From: a virus
Taxonomy: Duplodnaviria > Caudoviricetes
Virus record (IMG/VR): IMGVR_UViG_3300027418_000012
Location: 1-54,995 of that record
Direction: 5' to 3' (one strand)
Length of the DNA: 54,995 nucleotides
Shown: in pieces, positions 25,299 through 35,332 of the stretch
How positions within the stretch are numbered: position 1 is the first letter of the stretch
Layout of the letters: the number at the start of each line of letters is the position of its first letter
Made by a program: the position numbers and the translations under genes
The notes under the pieces: model-generated
Told to the model about the DNA's origin: nothing
The model's input: only the letters and a program-made list of their open reading frames with translations
Databases searched by the model: none

Positions 25299-25916
25299 TT
25301 ATACAAGTAATGTGTGAAACTCTTTAAAATGTTTGATACGATCAGCTAAACCAATAGTACCACCATTAACTCTTTTTGTGATCTTTGTAACCACTTCATC
25401 AGTGGCACCTGTATCTGCAATTTCATTAAGTTTATTCTTAGACCAGAACCATGCTGCAGAAGTTAGAGCATGTGTTGAAGCTACTGAATCAGGATTAACT
25501 GACATATCTACACCAATTGATTTACCAAATGCTGTATAGTTATCTTTACCAGTTAGCTGAATGTAACCACGGCCTCTAAATTTATAACCATCACCAGATG
25601 CTTCAGCACCGTTACCCATACGTCCACCATATACAAGATTTGCAATCTTCTCAGGCTTTTTAGCATAAGCAGCTGCTTTAGGTTCATCAATTGTACCGTC
25701 TGGACGCTTAAAATACTTTTTAAATATACCTACTAAGCCTTTAGCAGAGTAGTTAAGGTTTTCTTGTGTAACTCTAAATCCACCAGATTCATGACCAGCT
25801 TGAGCTAAGAAATGAGATAAACGTAATGCAGTGGTAACACCAAACTTTTCTTGTATAGAAGGAATCTGAGCAATAACTGTATCAGGAACATGTCCTTTTA
25901 AACGAGATAGGTCCAT
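25299..25916 (-). CDS. Endolysin, glycoside hydrolase family 19
   Basis: HFLAQAGHES, ENLNY, FRGRGYIQLTGKDNY, SAAWFW and VNGG.IGL.DR motifs. Confidence 0.93.
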   Translation of the reverse strand: MDLSRLKGHVPDTVIAQIPSIQEKFGVTTALRLSHFLAQAGHESGGFRVTQENLNYSAKGLVGIFKKYFKRPDGTIDEPKAAAYAKKPEKIANLVYGGRMGNGAEASGDGYKFRGRGYIQLTGKDNYTAFGKSIGVDMSVNPDSVASTHALTSAAWFWSKNKLNEIADTGATDEVVTKITKRVNGGTIGLADRIKHFKEFHTLLV

Positions 25917-25918
25917 GA

Positions 25919-26089
25919 TTAAGATTTAGGTTTGTAATATCTTTTTTTCTTTTTAGGAGCTGCTTCTGGTTCAGATGCAACTACTACTTGTTTAGCTTTA
26001 GGAGCTTCTTGTTTAGCTACTGGAGCAGCAACTACTGCTTTTGCAGGAGCTGAAAACAAACCTTTAAAAAACGCAATAATTTTCTTCAT
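25919..26089 (-). CDS. Small Ala/Lys/Pro-rich protein with amphipathic N-terminus (56 aa), not in ORF track
   Basis: MKKIIAFFKGLFSAPAK...PKKKKRYYKPKS* exactly fills the gap between flanking genes. Confidence 0.65.
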   Translation of the reverse strand: MKKIIAFFKGLFSAPAKAVVAAPVAKQEAPKAKQVVVASEPEAAPKKKKRYYKPKS

Positions 26090-26090
26090 A

Positions 26091-26711
26091 CTATTTCTTT
26101 AATTTTATCTTCCAATAAGATTGAATACCATAAGTGATAGGACCGTTAATTTCAGTACCTATATTCAATCCATAAATATGATCTTTTTTATTCTTTAATA
26201 ACAATCCAGCACTAGCTCCTGTAATTCCAAGAGTTTGATTACCATTTATACCACCACCCAAAAACATTTGAGTCTTAGGCTTTTCATAATGCTGTATAGT
26301 TACAGTGTTAGTTATTGTAGGAATCTTATAGTTAGATCTCACTGATCTACCTCTAAGACTATTCTGGTTCACTGTATCTGTAATAGCTACATAACCAAGG
26401 GTATCTATTCTAATAGTATCTTTAAATTCTACAAGAGCCATATACTTACCTAATAAGTCATTATACTGAGCTAAAAGCTTAGGATAATTAGTATCAGCTA
26501 TATATTCTGGAGGAGTGGCAATAGTGTCATGTAACACCTTACCCTTCAAAGTCATTGTCTTATAAATAGTTGTATCATGTACAGACCAACTAGTATCATG
26601 TACAACAGTTGTATCTGATTTCTTACCGCTAAAGTTTACATAGCCACAACCGCCTTGTTGAAAGAACAACACTACAATTAAAATAACTATAATTATACTA
26701 AGATACTTCAT
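26091..26711 (-). CDS. Putative spanin-like lysis protein
   Basis: N-terminal TM/lipoprotein-like signal, DTT repeats, C-terminal beta strands; lies between holin and endolysin. Confidence 0.55.
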   Translation of the reverse strand: MKYLSIIIVILIVVLFFQQGGCGYVNFSGKKSDTTVVHDTSWSVHDTTIYKTMTLKGKVLHDTIATPPEYIADTNYPKLLAQYNDLLGKYMALVEFKDTIRIDTLGYVAITDTVNQNSLRGRSVRSNYKIPTITNTVTIQHYEKPKTQMFLGGGINGNQTLGITGASAGLLLKNKKDHIYGLNIGTEINGPITYGIQSYWKIKLKK

Positions 26712-26946
26712 TTGACTTCTTTTTAAATGAGAACTTGTCTGCAGTATCACCACCTATAGCAGCTATACATATAAACATTACAGCATCTACTAAAGCGTCA
26801 GAAGGTTTAATATCTCCATGACTAAAGCTATTAGCTGTTAATGTTATACATAAGAATAACGCACACATAAAGCCTACAACAGGCTTAATGGATGTAGAGC
26901 CACGCTCATCTTTAAAAAGGTCTAAAGCCCAGTCTTTAAAATTCAT
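26698..26946 (-). CDS. Putative holin (2 TM)
   Basis: Two TM helices, charged termini, position in the lysis cassette. Confidence 0.6.
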   Translation of the reverse strand: MNFKDWALDLFKDERGSTSIKPVVGFMCALFLCITLTANSFSHGDIKPSDALVDAVMFICIAAIGGDTADKFSFKKKSNEVS

Positions 26947-27221
26947 TTTCTAAATTTAAATTTGTTATCAACTAAGACAGCATATATAGTCTCTTCTTCT
27001 CTTTTAGGAATAAAAGGTGAAGGGATTGTATTACTAGTCTTAAACATTTGACGTTCTATGTTATCAATACGGGTCTTGTCTATATTAGACTGAGCCATTA
27101 ATAACTTTACATCAGATTTAATCTCGTTTACATCATTCCAGATGAGTAAACTAACTAAGGATACAAGTGTTGGGAATATCCAAGCTTTAAATGTACCTAT
27201 AGAAGGATTGTCTTTAGTCAT
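26943..27221 (-). CDS. Single-TM coiled-coil protein (lysis-associated?)
   Basis: TM followed by heptad pattern. Confidence 0.6.
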   Translation of the reverse strand: MTKDNPSIGTFKAWIFPTLVSLVSLLIWNDVNEIKSDVKLLMAQSNIDKTRIDNIERQMFKTSNTIPSPFIPKREEETIYAVLVDNKFKFRK

Positions 27222-27233
27222 TTTTAGTTAAGA

Positions 27234-27515
27234 TTATGCTGTTTTTAACACCTTAAACTCATACACTGATCCTTGAGGCTTTACTAAGCTGATAGTCAAT
27301 GAGTTAGGGATGATTTTACCAGTTGAATCTTTACGTACAAAATAACGTAAGCCTGAAGGTTGTTTAACCACTGCTTGTCCAGCACCAGCTGCTACGTTTT
27401 GAGCAGGGATACTAATACTATCTGCAGGAATGTTACGTGGTGCCTCAACAGACATCATTGTACCCGGAATAGGGAAGCCTAAGGCGTCTTTTTGGGCATA
27501 AAACTTTTTAGCCAT
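27234..27515 (-). CDS. Hypothetical protein (possible virion protein)
   Basis: First gene of the minus-strand operon. Internal duplication: FYAQKDALG.PIPGT / YFVRKDSTG.IIPNS. Confidence 0.7.
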   Translation of the reverse strand: MAKKFYAQKDALGFPIPGTMMSVEAPRNIPADSISIPAQNVAAGAGQAVVKQPSGLRYFVRKDSTGKIIPNSLTISLVKPQGSVYEFKVLKTA

Positions 27516-27603
27516 TGTATAAATAATTTAAAATATAAACTTAGAACATGTAGAATTTGTATAATCCCTACAATATAATATACGAAATATTCAGGAAATT
27601 ATC

Positions 27604-27611
27604 TACATTTG
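27604..27611 (+). promoter_or_regulatory. Bacteroidota -7 element driving the replication operon
   Basis: TACATTTG 18 nt before ATG 27630 in a divergent intergenic region. Confidence 0.65.
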
Positions 27612-27629
27612 TGAACATAAAATCTATAT

Positions 27630-28121
27630 ATGAACCAACAACAATACGCCAGCCGTTTAGAGAAAAAGCTTATAGACAATTTTAAAGAAGACTTTTTTAA
27701 CAAATTTGAGTACTATCCTGTGGTTTTAACCAAAATTAACCTGATTACAGATGAATCAGATAAAGCGGCATTAATCACCTTGGATGAATTAGAATCTTAT
27801 TTTACCCCATTTTTACCTATTAAGTACCATAAAGTGGTGCATTTAAAGCAAAAGCTTAGAATAAGAGAAATCACTGAGCTAAGGTCTATTTTCTGCTTTT
27901 TAGCTAGAAATATGAGCTACTCTCTTAAGACTATTGGAGAATATCTTAACGGGAGAGACCACACTACAGTTATTCATTCAGTTAACACCTTTAAAGATTT
28001 AATTGAAACCTGCCCCGTATTTAGAGAAAAGTATCATAGAGTACTAGATAACATTAAACAAATAAACAATATAACAGATGAGTCACCAATTATGGAACGT
28101 TTGCAGAAAATACAGCATTAG
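27630..28121 (+). CDS. DnaA C-terminal (domain IV) DNA-binding protein
   Basis: R.I...R.IFCFLAR...SLKTIGEYLNGRDHTTVIHS signature; no AAA domain. Confidence 0.85.
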   Translation: MNQQQYASRLEKKLIDNFKEDFFNKFEYYPVVLTKINLITDESDKAALITLDELESYFTPFLPIKYHKVVHLKQKLRIREITELRSIFCFLARNMSYSLKTIGEYLNGRDHTTVIHSVNTFKDLIETCPVFREKYHRVLDNIKQINNITDESPIMERLQKIQH

Positions 28122-28635
28122 CCCTAATCAGCTGTACTATTTAGATAGTTGTAGAGAAAAAATTGTACCTAGCCAAGTTATTAATGCTGAGGCTCAAAGA
28201 GTTGTATGTGAACAAAGAGGATGGATGAGCCCTGATGGTAAATTAACAGAAGGGGCATTATATATTTTAGATGAATTTGAAACATTTTTAAAAAAGACTA
28301 AGTCTAGAATTACAAAAGAAATTTTAGGTGATGATTTTATAAAAAATGTAAATGAATACAGAGAAATGTTTCCTGCTAACAGACTGCCTTCTAAAGAGTT
28401 AGGTAGACAAATGCCTGCTGAGCTTACAAAGAAGTTTGTAGAGTTCTTTAAGAAGTACCCCCAATATGATTGGGAATTAGTTTTGGATGCAACGGATTAT
28501 TACGTAAATTACTATAAGAAGCTAGACTATAAATTTATGGCTACTAGTAGTTATTTTATACTTAAAAATGACACGTCTAAATTAGCGGACACTTGTCAAG
28601 CTATATTAGATGACCCTAAAATATTAAATATTTAA
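28078..28635 (+). CDS. Hypothetical replication-region protein
   Basis: Long ORF upstream of the helicase. Confidence 0.75.
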   Translation: MSHQLWNVCRKYSISPNQLYYLDSCREKIVPSQVINAEAQRVVCEQRGWMSPDGKLTEGALYILDEFETFLKKTKSRITKEILGDDFIKNVNEYREMFPANRLPSKELGRQMPAELTKKFVEFFKKYPQYDWELVLDATDYYVNYYKKLDYKFMATSSYFILKNDTSKLADTCQAILDDPKILNI

Positions 28636-28713
28636 AAATAATTTAGATATTTTTTGGAAGTTATAAACACATTTATTAACTTCACATCCCTCAAAATTAC
28701 AAAAACACAGTGT

Positions 28714-28917
28714 ATGACAGATTATGAAAAAGAGATAGAAGATAAATTCTATCAAATTACTATTCCTCTTAATGAGAAGAAATCAATCTACGGGATTAGT
28801 TTAGAAGGTTTTAAATTAGCTGTTAATAATTTAATGACTAAAGCTGTTCTAGAAGGAAAGATAGAAACATTAAATGAAGTTAGAGTGGATCTTAAGAACA
28901 TTGTAACCACTTTATAA
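28714..28917 (+). CDS. Hypothetical protein
   Basis: ATG 28714; TAATG overlap with dnaB. Confidence 0.6.
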   Translation: MTDYEKEIEDKFYQITIPLNEKKSIYGISLEGFKLAVNNLMTKAVLEGKIETLNEVRVDLKNIVTTL

Positions 28918-29972
28918 TGTCAGAACAGAAAGAAAGACTTTATGGTGCTAGAAAGTATTCAGAAATCTTAACAGAGACTGCTAAATACGTAGATGATAGA
29001 CGTAAAGGAAACATTAAATCTTTACTAACACCTTGGCCTGGGCTTAACAAAGCTGGTGTCAACGGTATAGAATGGGGCTCTCTTATTACAATTGGTGCAA
29101 GACCTGGTGCAGGTAAAACACTTATTGTAAGTCAGATTTTAAGAGAAGCTCGTAAGTTAAATCCTGGACAAGAATTTAACATCTTAGAGTTCCAATTTGA
29201 AATGGGAGCTAAACAGTCAGGCTCTAGAGCTTTTGCTGCAGAGACTGCTCTTGACTATAATCAAATCTTAAGTACTACACAAGCTCTTGATGACTATAGT
29301 TATAATTTATTATTAAAGTATATTAAAGAGACTGAATTACTAGAGAGTCAAGGTATACATAGATTACAAATAAATAATCCTATTAACAATAGAGAGATAG
29401 TAGATGCTATTAAACAATTTTATGTTGCTCTTGGTAGCAAACCCTTAATAGTGACCATTGACCATAGCTGGTTAATTAAAAAAGCACCAGATGAGAGAGA
29501 GAAAATTGCTACATTGTACAACACTGTAGAAGCCTTAATGCAAGTTAAGAAAGAACTTCCTGTCATCATATTTATGGTCACACAACTTAACCGTACAATT
29601 GATGAGCCGTCAAGAAAGGAGCCAGGTAAAATTGGTAACTATCCTGTATCATCAGATGTATTTGGTGGTGACGCTCTTATGCAAGGATCAGATATGCTAG
29701 TAGCATTGAATAATCCTTATAAAGCAAACATTCCTTTATATGGGCCTAAAGAGTATGATGCTAAAAAGAATCATATCTTTATGCACTTACTTAAAGTGAG
29801 AAACGGATCAGATGATAATAACTTACTATTCATGGATGCTAATTTCAATAGACAGAAATTAATAGAAGTGGCAGAGTTTGACTCTCAGAATCCAACAGGT
29901 ACATATCAAAGACGTTCAGCTAGAAATCAAACAGCTGGACAGCAATTTACAACAAATCAATTTCAACCTTAA
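28917..29972 (+). CDS. dnaB: DnaB-like replicative helicase
   Basis: GARPGAGKT, FEM, IDH, TQLNR and KVRNG motifs. Confidence 0.9.
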   Translation: MSEQKERLYGARKYSEILTETAKYVDDRRKGNIKSLLTPWPGLNKAGVNGIEWGSLITIGARPGAGKTLIVSQILREARKLNPGQEFNILEFQFEMGAKQSGSRAFAAETALDYNQILSTTQALDDYSYNLLLKYIKETELLESQGIHRLQINNPINNREIVDAIKQFYVALGSKPLIVTIDHSWLIKKAPDEREKIATLYNTVEALMQVKKELPVIIFMVTQLNRTIDEPSRKEPGKIGNYPVSSDVFGGDALMQGSDMLVALNNPYKANIPLYGPKEYDAKKNHIFMHLLKVRNGSDDNNLLFMDANFNRQKLIEVAEFDSQNPTGTYQRRSARNQTAGQQFTTNQFQP

Positions 29973-29985
29973 CAAAAAACAGATT

Positions 29986-30579
29986 ATGTCAGATTTTAAT
30001 TTTTTACAGTCTGCCGATGAGCAGAAAAAAGAATGGAAGCGTAGTAAGCTTGAAGCTGTACGATCCCATCATAAAACATTAATTGAAGATCTTGGTATTA
30101 GTATCACAGACTTCAATATGAAAATGCCCTTCCATGATAAATCAGGAAGATTAGTAGTAGGTATCTTTTCATCAGAGTTCAAGAAAGAAAAAGGTTTCTA
30201 TTTTGAATTAGTTACTAGAGAGCTAGACCCTGCAGACGTTAAACGTACAGTGTATAGAATCCCTTATAATGCAGCTTTTGAAGAAGAGTATGAATTAAAT
30301 GAGAAAGGTTCTTATTTAGTCCCTATTGAACAACTAAGATCTGTTAATCCTCAGTCTATTGCTATTAGTAAATATGCAGCAGTTGAGAGTACACAGAACA
30401 TCTTTACAACAAATGCTAACCCGTCTTTAAAAGACATGCCTATGTATCCAGCACCTGCTTCTATGGATTCATCAGATGCTCCGTATAGTGAGATGACTAT
30501 TAGAGATTACTATGCTATCCATACAGGTAAGCCTGTAAGTAGCAAGAACTGGTTAAACGAGCTTATAAAATCTAAATAA
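29986..30579 (+). CDS. Hypothetical protein
   Basis: ATG 29986; C-terminal MTIRDYYA motif. Confidence 0.75.
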   Translation: MSDFNFLQSADEQKKEWKRSKLEAVRSHHKTLIEDLGISITDFNMKMPFHDKSGRLVVGIFSSEFKKEKGFYFELVTRELDPADVKRTVYRIPYNAAFEEEYELNEKGSYLVPIEQLRSVNPQSIAISKYAAVESTQNIFTTNANPSLKDMPMYPAPASMDSSDAPYSEMTIRDYYAIHTGKPVSSKNWLNELIKSK

Positions 30580-30596
30580 CAAATAATAACAATCAC

Positions 30597-31280
30597 ATGG
30601 CACAAGGAGTATTAATTATTGCAGAGTCCGGTGCAGGTAAGTCTACAGCTATTGAGACCCTGGACCCAAAAGAAACTTTCATCATTAATGTGGCTAACAA
30701 ACCGTTACCCTTTAAAGGATGGAAGTCAAAGTATTCTATATGGTCTAAAGATAATCCTACAGGTAATATGTATGATAAGTCTAGCACCCAGAATATTTAT
30801 GCAGCATTACAGTATGTAAATGACAAGCGTCCTGAAATCAAAACCATAGTGGTAGATGATTTTCAGTACATGAGCTCGTTTGAGTTCTTTGAAAGAGTAG
30901 ACGAGAAAGGTTATGAGAAGTTCACTCAAATCGGTGCAGGTTTAGCTCGTATAGCTAGAATGCCTAAAGACTTGAGAGAAGACTTAACTGTATTCTTCTT
31001 AACTCATGCAGAAGAATCTACTGATATGGATGGTAAACGTAAATTAAAAGCAAAGACTATTGGTAAAATGGTTGATGAAAAGCTTACTTTAGAGGGATTA
31101 TTCTCTATAGTGCTTTACGGTAAAGTGAAGAAAGGAAAAGATGATGTAATTAGATATGTTTTTGAAACTCAGACTACAGGTGATAACACATGTAAGTCAC
31201 CTAAAGGAATGTTTGATACCTTTGAGATAGCAAACGATTTAGGTTTAGTAAAAAAAGCAATCACAGATTTTGAAAATTAG
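30597..31280 (+). CDS. AAA_24 / Sak4-like ATPase
   Basis: AESGAGKS, KPLPF, VDDFQY, LTH and KSP.GMF motifs. Confidence 0.85.
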   Translation: MAQGVLIIAESGAGKSTAIETLDPKETFIINVANKPLPFKGWKSKYSIWSKDNPTGNMYDKSSTQNIYAALQYVNDKRPEIKTIVVDDFQYMSSFEFFERVDEKGYEKFTQIGAGLARIARMPKDLREDLTVFFLTHAEESTDMDGKRKLKAKTIGKMVDEKLTLEGLFSIVLYGKVKKGKDDVIRYVFETQTTGDNTCKSPKGMFDTFEIANDLGLVKKAITDFEN

Positions 31281-31311
31281 TTGAACGTTTAACATTTATA
31301 AAACAAACAGT

Positions 31312-31923
31312 ATGTTTAGTACAAAAGGACAAGAAGTAAAACAAGGTGGTGGAGTACAGAAGTCTCTACAACCAGGAGTAAATTATGCACACATCTTTAG
31401 TGCATCAGTAAGAGAATCTAAAAATACAGGTAAAAAAGCTCTGGAATTAGTTTTAGAGGGACCTGTATTAGAAAACTTTGAGGGGTGGACTATAGAAAAA
31501 GGTAATGAGAATGGCCCTAAATTTACAGGCCAATCTGCTAGAGTGTCTGCAAGTATGTGGATTGATTCTTATAATGAGACGAGTCCGTCTAAAAATGAGA
31601 TTATGAACAAGCTTAGCATTATTGCTGTAGAATTGGGTTTAAAAGATGAGTTAGATACTATCAGTGCATCTAGTATTGAAGACTGGGTTGCTCAAGTAGC
31701 TAAGTTATTAAAAGGAAAGAATTTATATTTCTTCCTTAAAGCTCAAGAAGAAGAGTACAATGGTAAAACAATTGTTAAGTTATCACTTCCTAAGTTTAAA
31801 TTTGCAAACGCAGATGAAAGTAAATTAGAGAAGTTTGACAAGAATAATCAATATCATTACAAAGCTTTACAGACTAAGCCAGTATCTGGTTTTGAGCCTG
31901 TAAACGAAGATTTTAACATGTAA
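31312..31923 (+). CDS. Putative ssDNA-binding protein (DUF669-like)
   Basis: Follows the Sak4-like gene; LQPG...beta-rich N-terminus; acidic/aromatic C-tail (EDFNM). Confidence 0.55.
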   Translation: MFSTKGQEVKQGGGVQKSLQPGVNYAHIFSASVRESKNTGKKALELVLEGPVLENFEGWTIEKGNENGPKFTGQSARVSASMWIDSYNETSPSKNEIMNKLSIIAVELGLKDELDTISASSIEDWVAQVAKLLKGKNLYFFLKAQEEEYNGKTIVKLSLPKFKFANADESKLEKFDKNNQYHYKALQTKPVSGFEPVNEDFNM

Positions 31924-31948
31924 AGTCTTTCTTTCATATACATTCTGA

Positions 31949-31980
31949 GGGGGGAGTTTCTACTCTCCCCAATTTTTTTT
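31949..31980 (+). terminator. Rho-independent terminator
   Basis: G-rich/C-rich hairpin followed by T8. Confidence 0.7.
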
Positions 31981-31992
31981 AAATTCTTAGCT

Positions 31993-32961
31993 ATGTTTAA
32001 AACTAAAAATCTGGTACATGATATAAAAGATGTACCAACACCTTGGGTATTTGAACATTTTTGCAAACTGAAAGAAAAGTTAGCTGGTGAAGATGTAAAA
32101 ATTAAAAGCTTATTTAATAGTAAAGAACGCACGCCAAGCATGTGTATATACTTTGATGCAAAAGTTAAAGTGTATAAGTATAAAGATTTCTCTACAGGTA
32201 AGGGGGGCTCAGCTATAGATCTTGTAAAAGATATCTATGACTTACCATATCATAAAGCCTGCAATCTAATTGTAGAGCAATATAATGATTATGTTCTCCA
32301 TAATAATGGAGGATACGACGTAAAGGAATTTAAAGAGCAGTCTAAGTATAAAGTACATAGTTATATTTTTAGACCATGGACTACTCAAGATCAATACTTC
32401 TGGACCCAGTTTAATATTGGATCTAAATTACTAGATGAGTATTGTGTAAAACCCCTATCATATTACACTATGATAAAGGACGGTAAAGAATTAGTAATTA
32501 GTGGAAACTACATCTATGGGTATTTTACCAAAGGCGGGGAGCTATATAAAATCTACCAACCTAAAACATCAGATAAAAAGTTTCTAAAAATTAAAGACCA
32601 TTTACAGGGAGAGCAGCATCTAGAGCAGAATGATTATTTAATTATTCTGTCCAGTCTTAAAGATATGATGTCTCTGAAGTCTCTTAAGCTTTCTAATATA
32701 AATGTAGTAGCCCCAGATAGTGAGAACTCTATGATTAAAAGAGACACTATGGAGCAATTTATAAAAGATTATAAGAAGGTGATAGTAATGTTTGATAATG
32801 ACGATGCAGGTATTAAAGCTATGGAAAAGTATAAAACTACTTACCCTGCAGTGGAAATCCTTCTTCTTCCTATGAGTAAAGACTTGTCTGACTCAATAAA
32901 AGACAATGGAGCTAAAGCTGTTAGAGACAGATTGGTTCCATTAATAAATAAAAAATTATAA
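31993..32961 (+). CDS. DNA primase (Toprim)
   Basis: ERTPS...YKDFSTGKGG N-domain; FDNDDAG and KD.SD Toprim motifs. Confidence 0.88.
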   Translation: MFKTKNLVHDIKDVPTPWVFEHFCKLKEKLAGEDVKIKSLFNSKERTPSMCIYFDAKVKVYKYKDFSTGKGGSAIDLVKDIYDLPYHKACNLIVEQYNDYVLHNNGGYDVKEFKEQSKYKVHSYIFRPWTTQDQYFWTQFNIGSKLLDEYCVKPLSYYTMIKDGKELVISGNYIYGYFTKGGELYKIYQPKTSDKKFLKIKDHLQGEQHLEQNDYLIILSSLKDMMSLKSLKLSNINVVAPDSENSMIKRDTMEQFIKDYKKVIVMFDNDDAGIKAMEKYKTTYPAVEILLLPMSKDLSDSIKDNGAKAVRDRLVPLINKKL

Positions 32962-33353
32962 TGGCAACTAGAAAGAAACCTGTTAAGAAAACAAGTAGAG
33001 TTCCTAAAACTAGAAATGCGGGGACTATGACTGAATCAGCTTTTTGGTCATTCATACGTAGTGCCCTTAGACAGAAGTCTAGGTGGTGGAAACCTATTAC
33101 AGAATGTAAAATGAAAGCTCGTAGGCCCTACAAGGGACCTAATAAGAGACAGAAGTTTGAATACTTATGTAATAGTTGTAAGACATGGTTTCCTGATAAG
33201 CAAATTAACGTGGACCATATTGTAGGAGCAGGTAGTTTAAACTGTGGGCAGGACCTTCCCGGATTTGTGGACAGGCTCTTCTGTGAACAAGATAACTTAC
33301 AGGTACTTTGTACAACATGTCACGATCATAAAACAAAATTAGAAAAGAAATGA
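32961..33353 (+). CDS. HNH endonuclease
   Basis: CNSC...VDHI...NLQVLCTTCH..KT. Confidence 0.85.
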   Translation: MATRKKPVKKTSRVPKTRNAGTMTESAFWSFIRSALRQKSRWWKPITECKMKARRPYKGPNKRQKFEYLCNSCKTWFPDKQINVDHIVGAGSLNCGQDLPGFVDRLFCEQDNLQVLCTTCHDHKTKLEKK

Positions 33354-33535
33354 GTGAAGAAAATATGTCTAAACAGCAACTAGACAATCAAGCTGCTGAA
33401 TTAAAGAACTGTAATGACTTAATTAAAGAGTTAGTAGCTCTCCTTGAATATGAGGAAGCTATGACTATAGATCCTAGATCTCAGCAAAAGATGAGTGCTA
33501 AACTTATAGAATTAGGATTATGGCCAAGCAGATAA
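33350..33535 (+). CDS. Hypothetical protein
   Basis: ATGA overlap with the previous gene. Confidence 0.6.
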   Translation: MSEENMSKQQLDNQAAELKNCNDLIKELVALLEYEEAMTIDPRSQQKMSAKLIELGLWPSR

Positions 33536-33963
33536 CTACAGAAGAAATAATAGCCAAGTATCCAAAGATATTTGAAGACTATCAGGGTAACCCCGGCAGG
33601 GTTAACTGGCATGGTGTACCAGAAGGCTGGTTACCAATTATAGATAAACTATGTGATTGTATACAATGGTATATAGATCATCATGTTAAACATACAAAAG
33701 AAGGGCAGTATAAACCAACTCAAGTTACATGTGTACAAATGAAAGAAAAGTTTGGAGGCTTACGCTTCTATACAAATGGACATGATGAAGTAGTAGAAGG
33801 TATGGTTAAAATGGCTGAAAGTATGTGTGATGACAAATGTCAAGACTGTGGATCAGAAGAAGACCTAGGTGTTACATCAGGTTGGATAACTGTACTCTGT
33901 AGAAATTGTGTAATAGCTCATGGTGATAGAGCCATGGGAGTTTGGAAACCTAAAAATTTATAG
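33520..33963 (+). CDS. Conserved phage hypothetical with QxKEKFGGLRFY motif and zinc ribbon
   Basis: GW..I...QMKEKFGGLRFY...CQDCG...GWITVLCRNC. Confidence 0.8.
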   Translation: MAKQITTEEIIAKYPKIFEDYQGNPGRVNWHGVPEGWLPIIDKLCDCIQWYIDHHVKHTKEGQYKPTQVTCVQMKEKFGGLRFYTNGHDEVVEGMVKMAESMCDDKCQDCGSEEDLGVTSGWITVLCRNCVIAHGDRAMGVWKPKNL

Positions 33964-33964
33964 T

Positions 33965-34303
33965 ATGGCAGATATAGATCAAGAGATAGATCACAACTCA
34001 GCATTTAGAAAATGGATGGAAGATCCAGAAACTCAAAGAATGCAGGAAGAAGCTCAAAAGCAGTGGGAAGAAGAGAAACAAAAGTTAAAAGATGATCTTA
34101 CACCAGAGATGGTTAATGACATTAGAGAATGGCGTTGTGTAGAAGACTACACCTGGAGAGGGATAGCTACAGCTTTTTACGAAAAGTATAAAGACTTTAG
34201 TTACTCTCACAGTATACTGCCAGGTAATCAAATTGACGGTATGATGATTTGCGGTGTTGCACAAGATTTATTAAAACAAGAAAACTCAGAAGGATGGAAT
34301 TAG
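33965..34303 (+). CDS. Hypothetical protein
   Basis: ATG 33965 just after the previous stop. Confidence 0.7.
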   Translation: MADIDQEIDHNSAFRKWMEDPETQRMQEEAQKQWEEEKQKLKDDLTPEMVNDIREWRCVEDYTWRGIATAFYEKYKDFSYSHSILPGNQIDGMMICGVAQDLLKQENSEGWN

Positions 34304-35322
34304 AATCATTAATGGAAGAAACAGTTATCAAATTACAAGATGACTTTTATAGTAAGAAGTTTTACTTCTCTTATAGTAGCTTAAACAAGCTTATGTGGAA
34401 CCCTGCAGTATTTTATCAGATGTATGTTCTAGGTAATAAAGAAGAACGTACTGATGCTCACTTAGTACAAGGTAAGATTATTCATGCTCTTATTTTAGAA
34501 GAAGAGAAGTTTAATGACCAGTTTGTTATCAGCCCCGGCAAACTTCCAGGTGATAATATTAAAATAATAGTTGACAGAGTGTATAATCATCATGTAGAAT
34601 TAGCTAAAGATGGTGACACTCGTACTAACTTAGAAGAGTTTGACGGTGCAATACTAGATGTAATGAAAGATATTAATTATTTTCAGAACCTAAAGACCGA
34701 TCAACAGCGTGTAGAAAAAGTGATTACACTAGAAGCTACTAACTATTGGGCATTTCTTAAGATTAAAGGAGCTAAAACTCTAATTGATCAAGAGACATAT
34801 GACTATTGTAAGAGTGCAGTGGAACTAATCAAAGCTAACAAATCTATTTGTGAGCTAATTGGTTGTGATTTAAATGATTTTAGTAATGTAGAAATTCATA
34901 ACGAGTATCCAGTACAAATAGAATTTGATGACAAACCTTTTGGTTTTAAAGGAATTATAGATAATTTGCTTATAGATCATGACAAAAAGATTATATTTGT
35001 AAACGATATCAAGACTACTAGTAAAGATTTAAAAGACTTCCCTGAGAGTGTAGAGTTTTATTCTTACTGGATGCAAGCAGCCATTTATTTATCAATGGTT
35101 ACTGTAATCTATAAAGAATTAATACAGAAAGGGTATAACGTTAAATTTCATTTTGTAGTTATTGATAGAGCATTTCAAACTTATGCATTCCCAATATCAA
35201 GCACTACATATAGTGATTGGTTAGAAAGATTCTTTAAGGTGATAGAAAAAGCTGCATGGCATTATACCAATAAAAGCTATGACTTACCTTATGATTTTGC
35301 AACTGGGACTGTAACTTTATAA
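34294..35322 (+). CDS. PD-(D/E)XK exonuclease (RecE/exonuclease VIII-like)
   Basis: SYSSL, G..IH, KGIID...DIKT and QAAIY motifs. Confidence 0.85.
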   Translation: MELESLMEETVIKLQDDFYSKKFYFSYSSLNKLMWNPAVFYQMYVLGNKEERTDAHLVQGKIIHALILEEEKFNDQFVISPGKLPGDNIKIIVDRVYNHHVELAKDGDTRTNLEEFDGAILDVMKDINYFQNLKTDQQRVEKVITLEATNYWAFLKIKGAKTLIDQETYDYCKSAVELIKANKSICELIGCDLNDFSNVEIHNEYPVQIEFDDKPFGFKGIIDNLLIDHDKKIIFVNDIKTTSKDLKDFPESVEFYSYWMQAAIYLSMVTVIYKELIQKGYNVKFHFVVIDRAFQTYAFPISSTTYSDWLERFFKVIEKAAWHYTNKSYDLPYDFATGTVTL

Positions 35323-35332
35323 AGAAAACAAT

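Noticed and set aside
32961-33353. HNH gene as a mobile homing endonuclease in an intron
   Set aside because: Flanking genes are intact and translationally coupled, and there is no room for intron structure.
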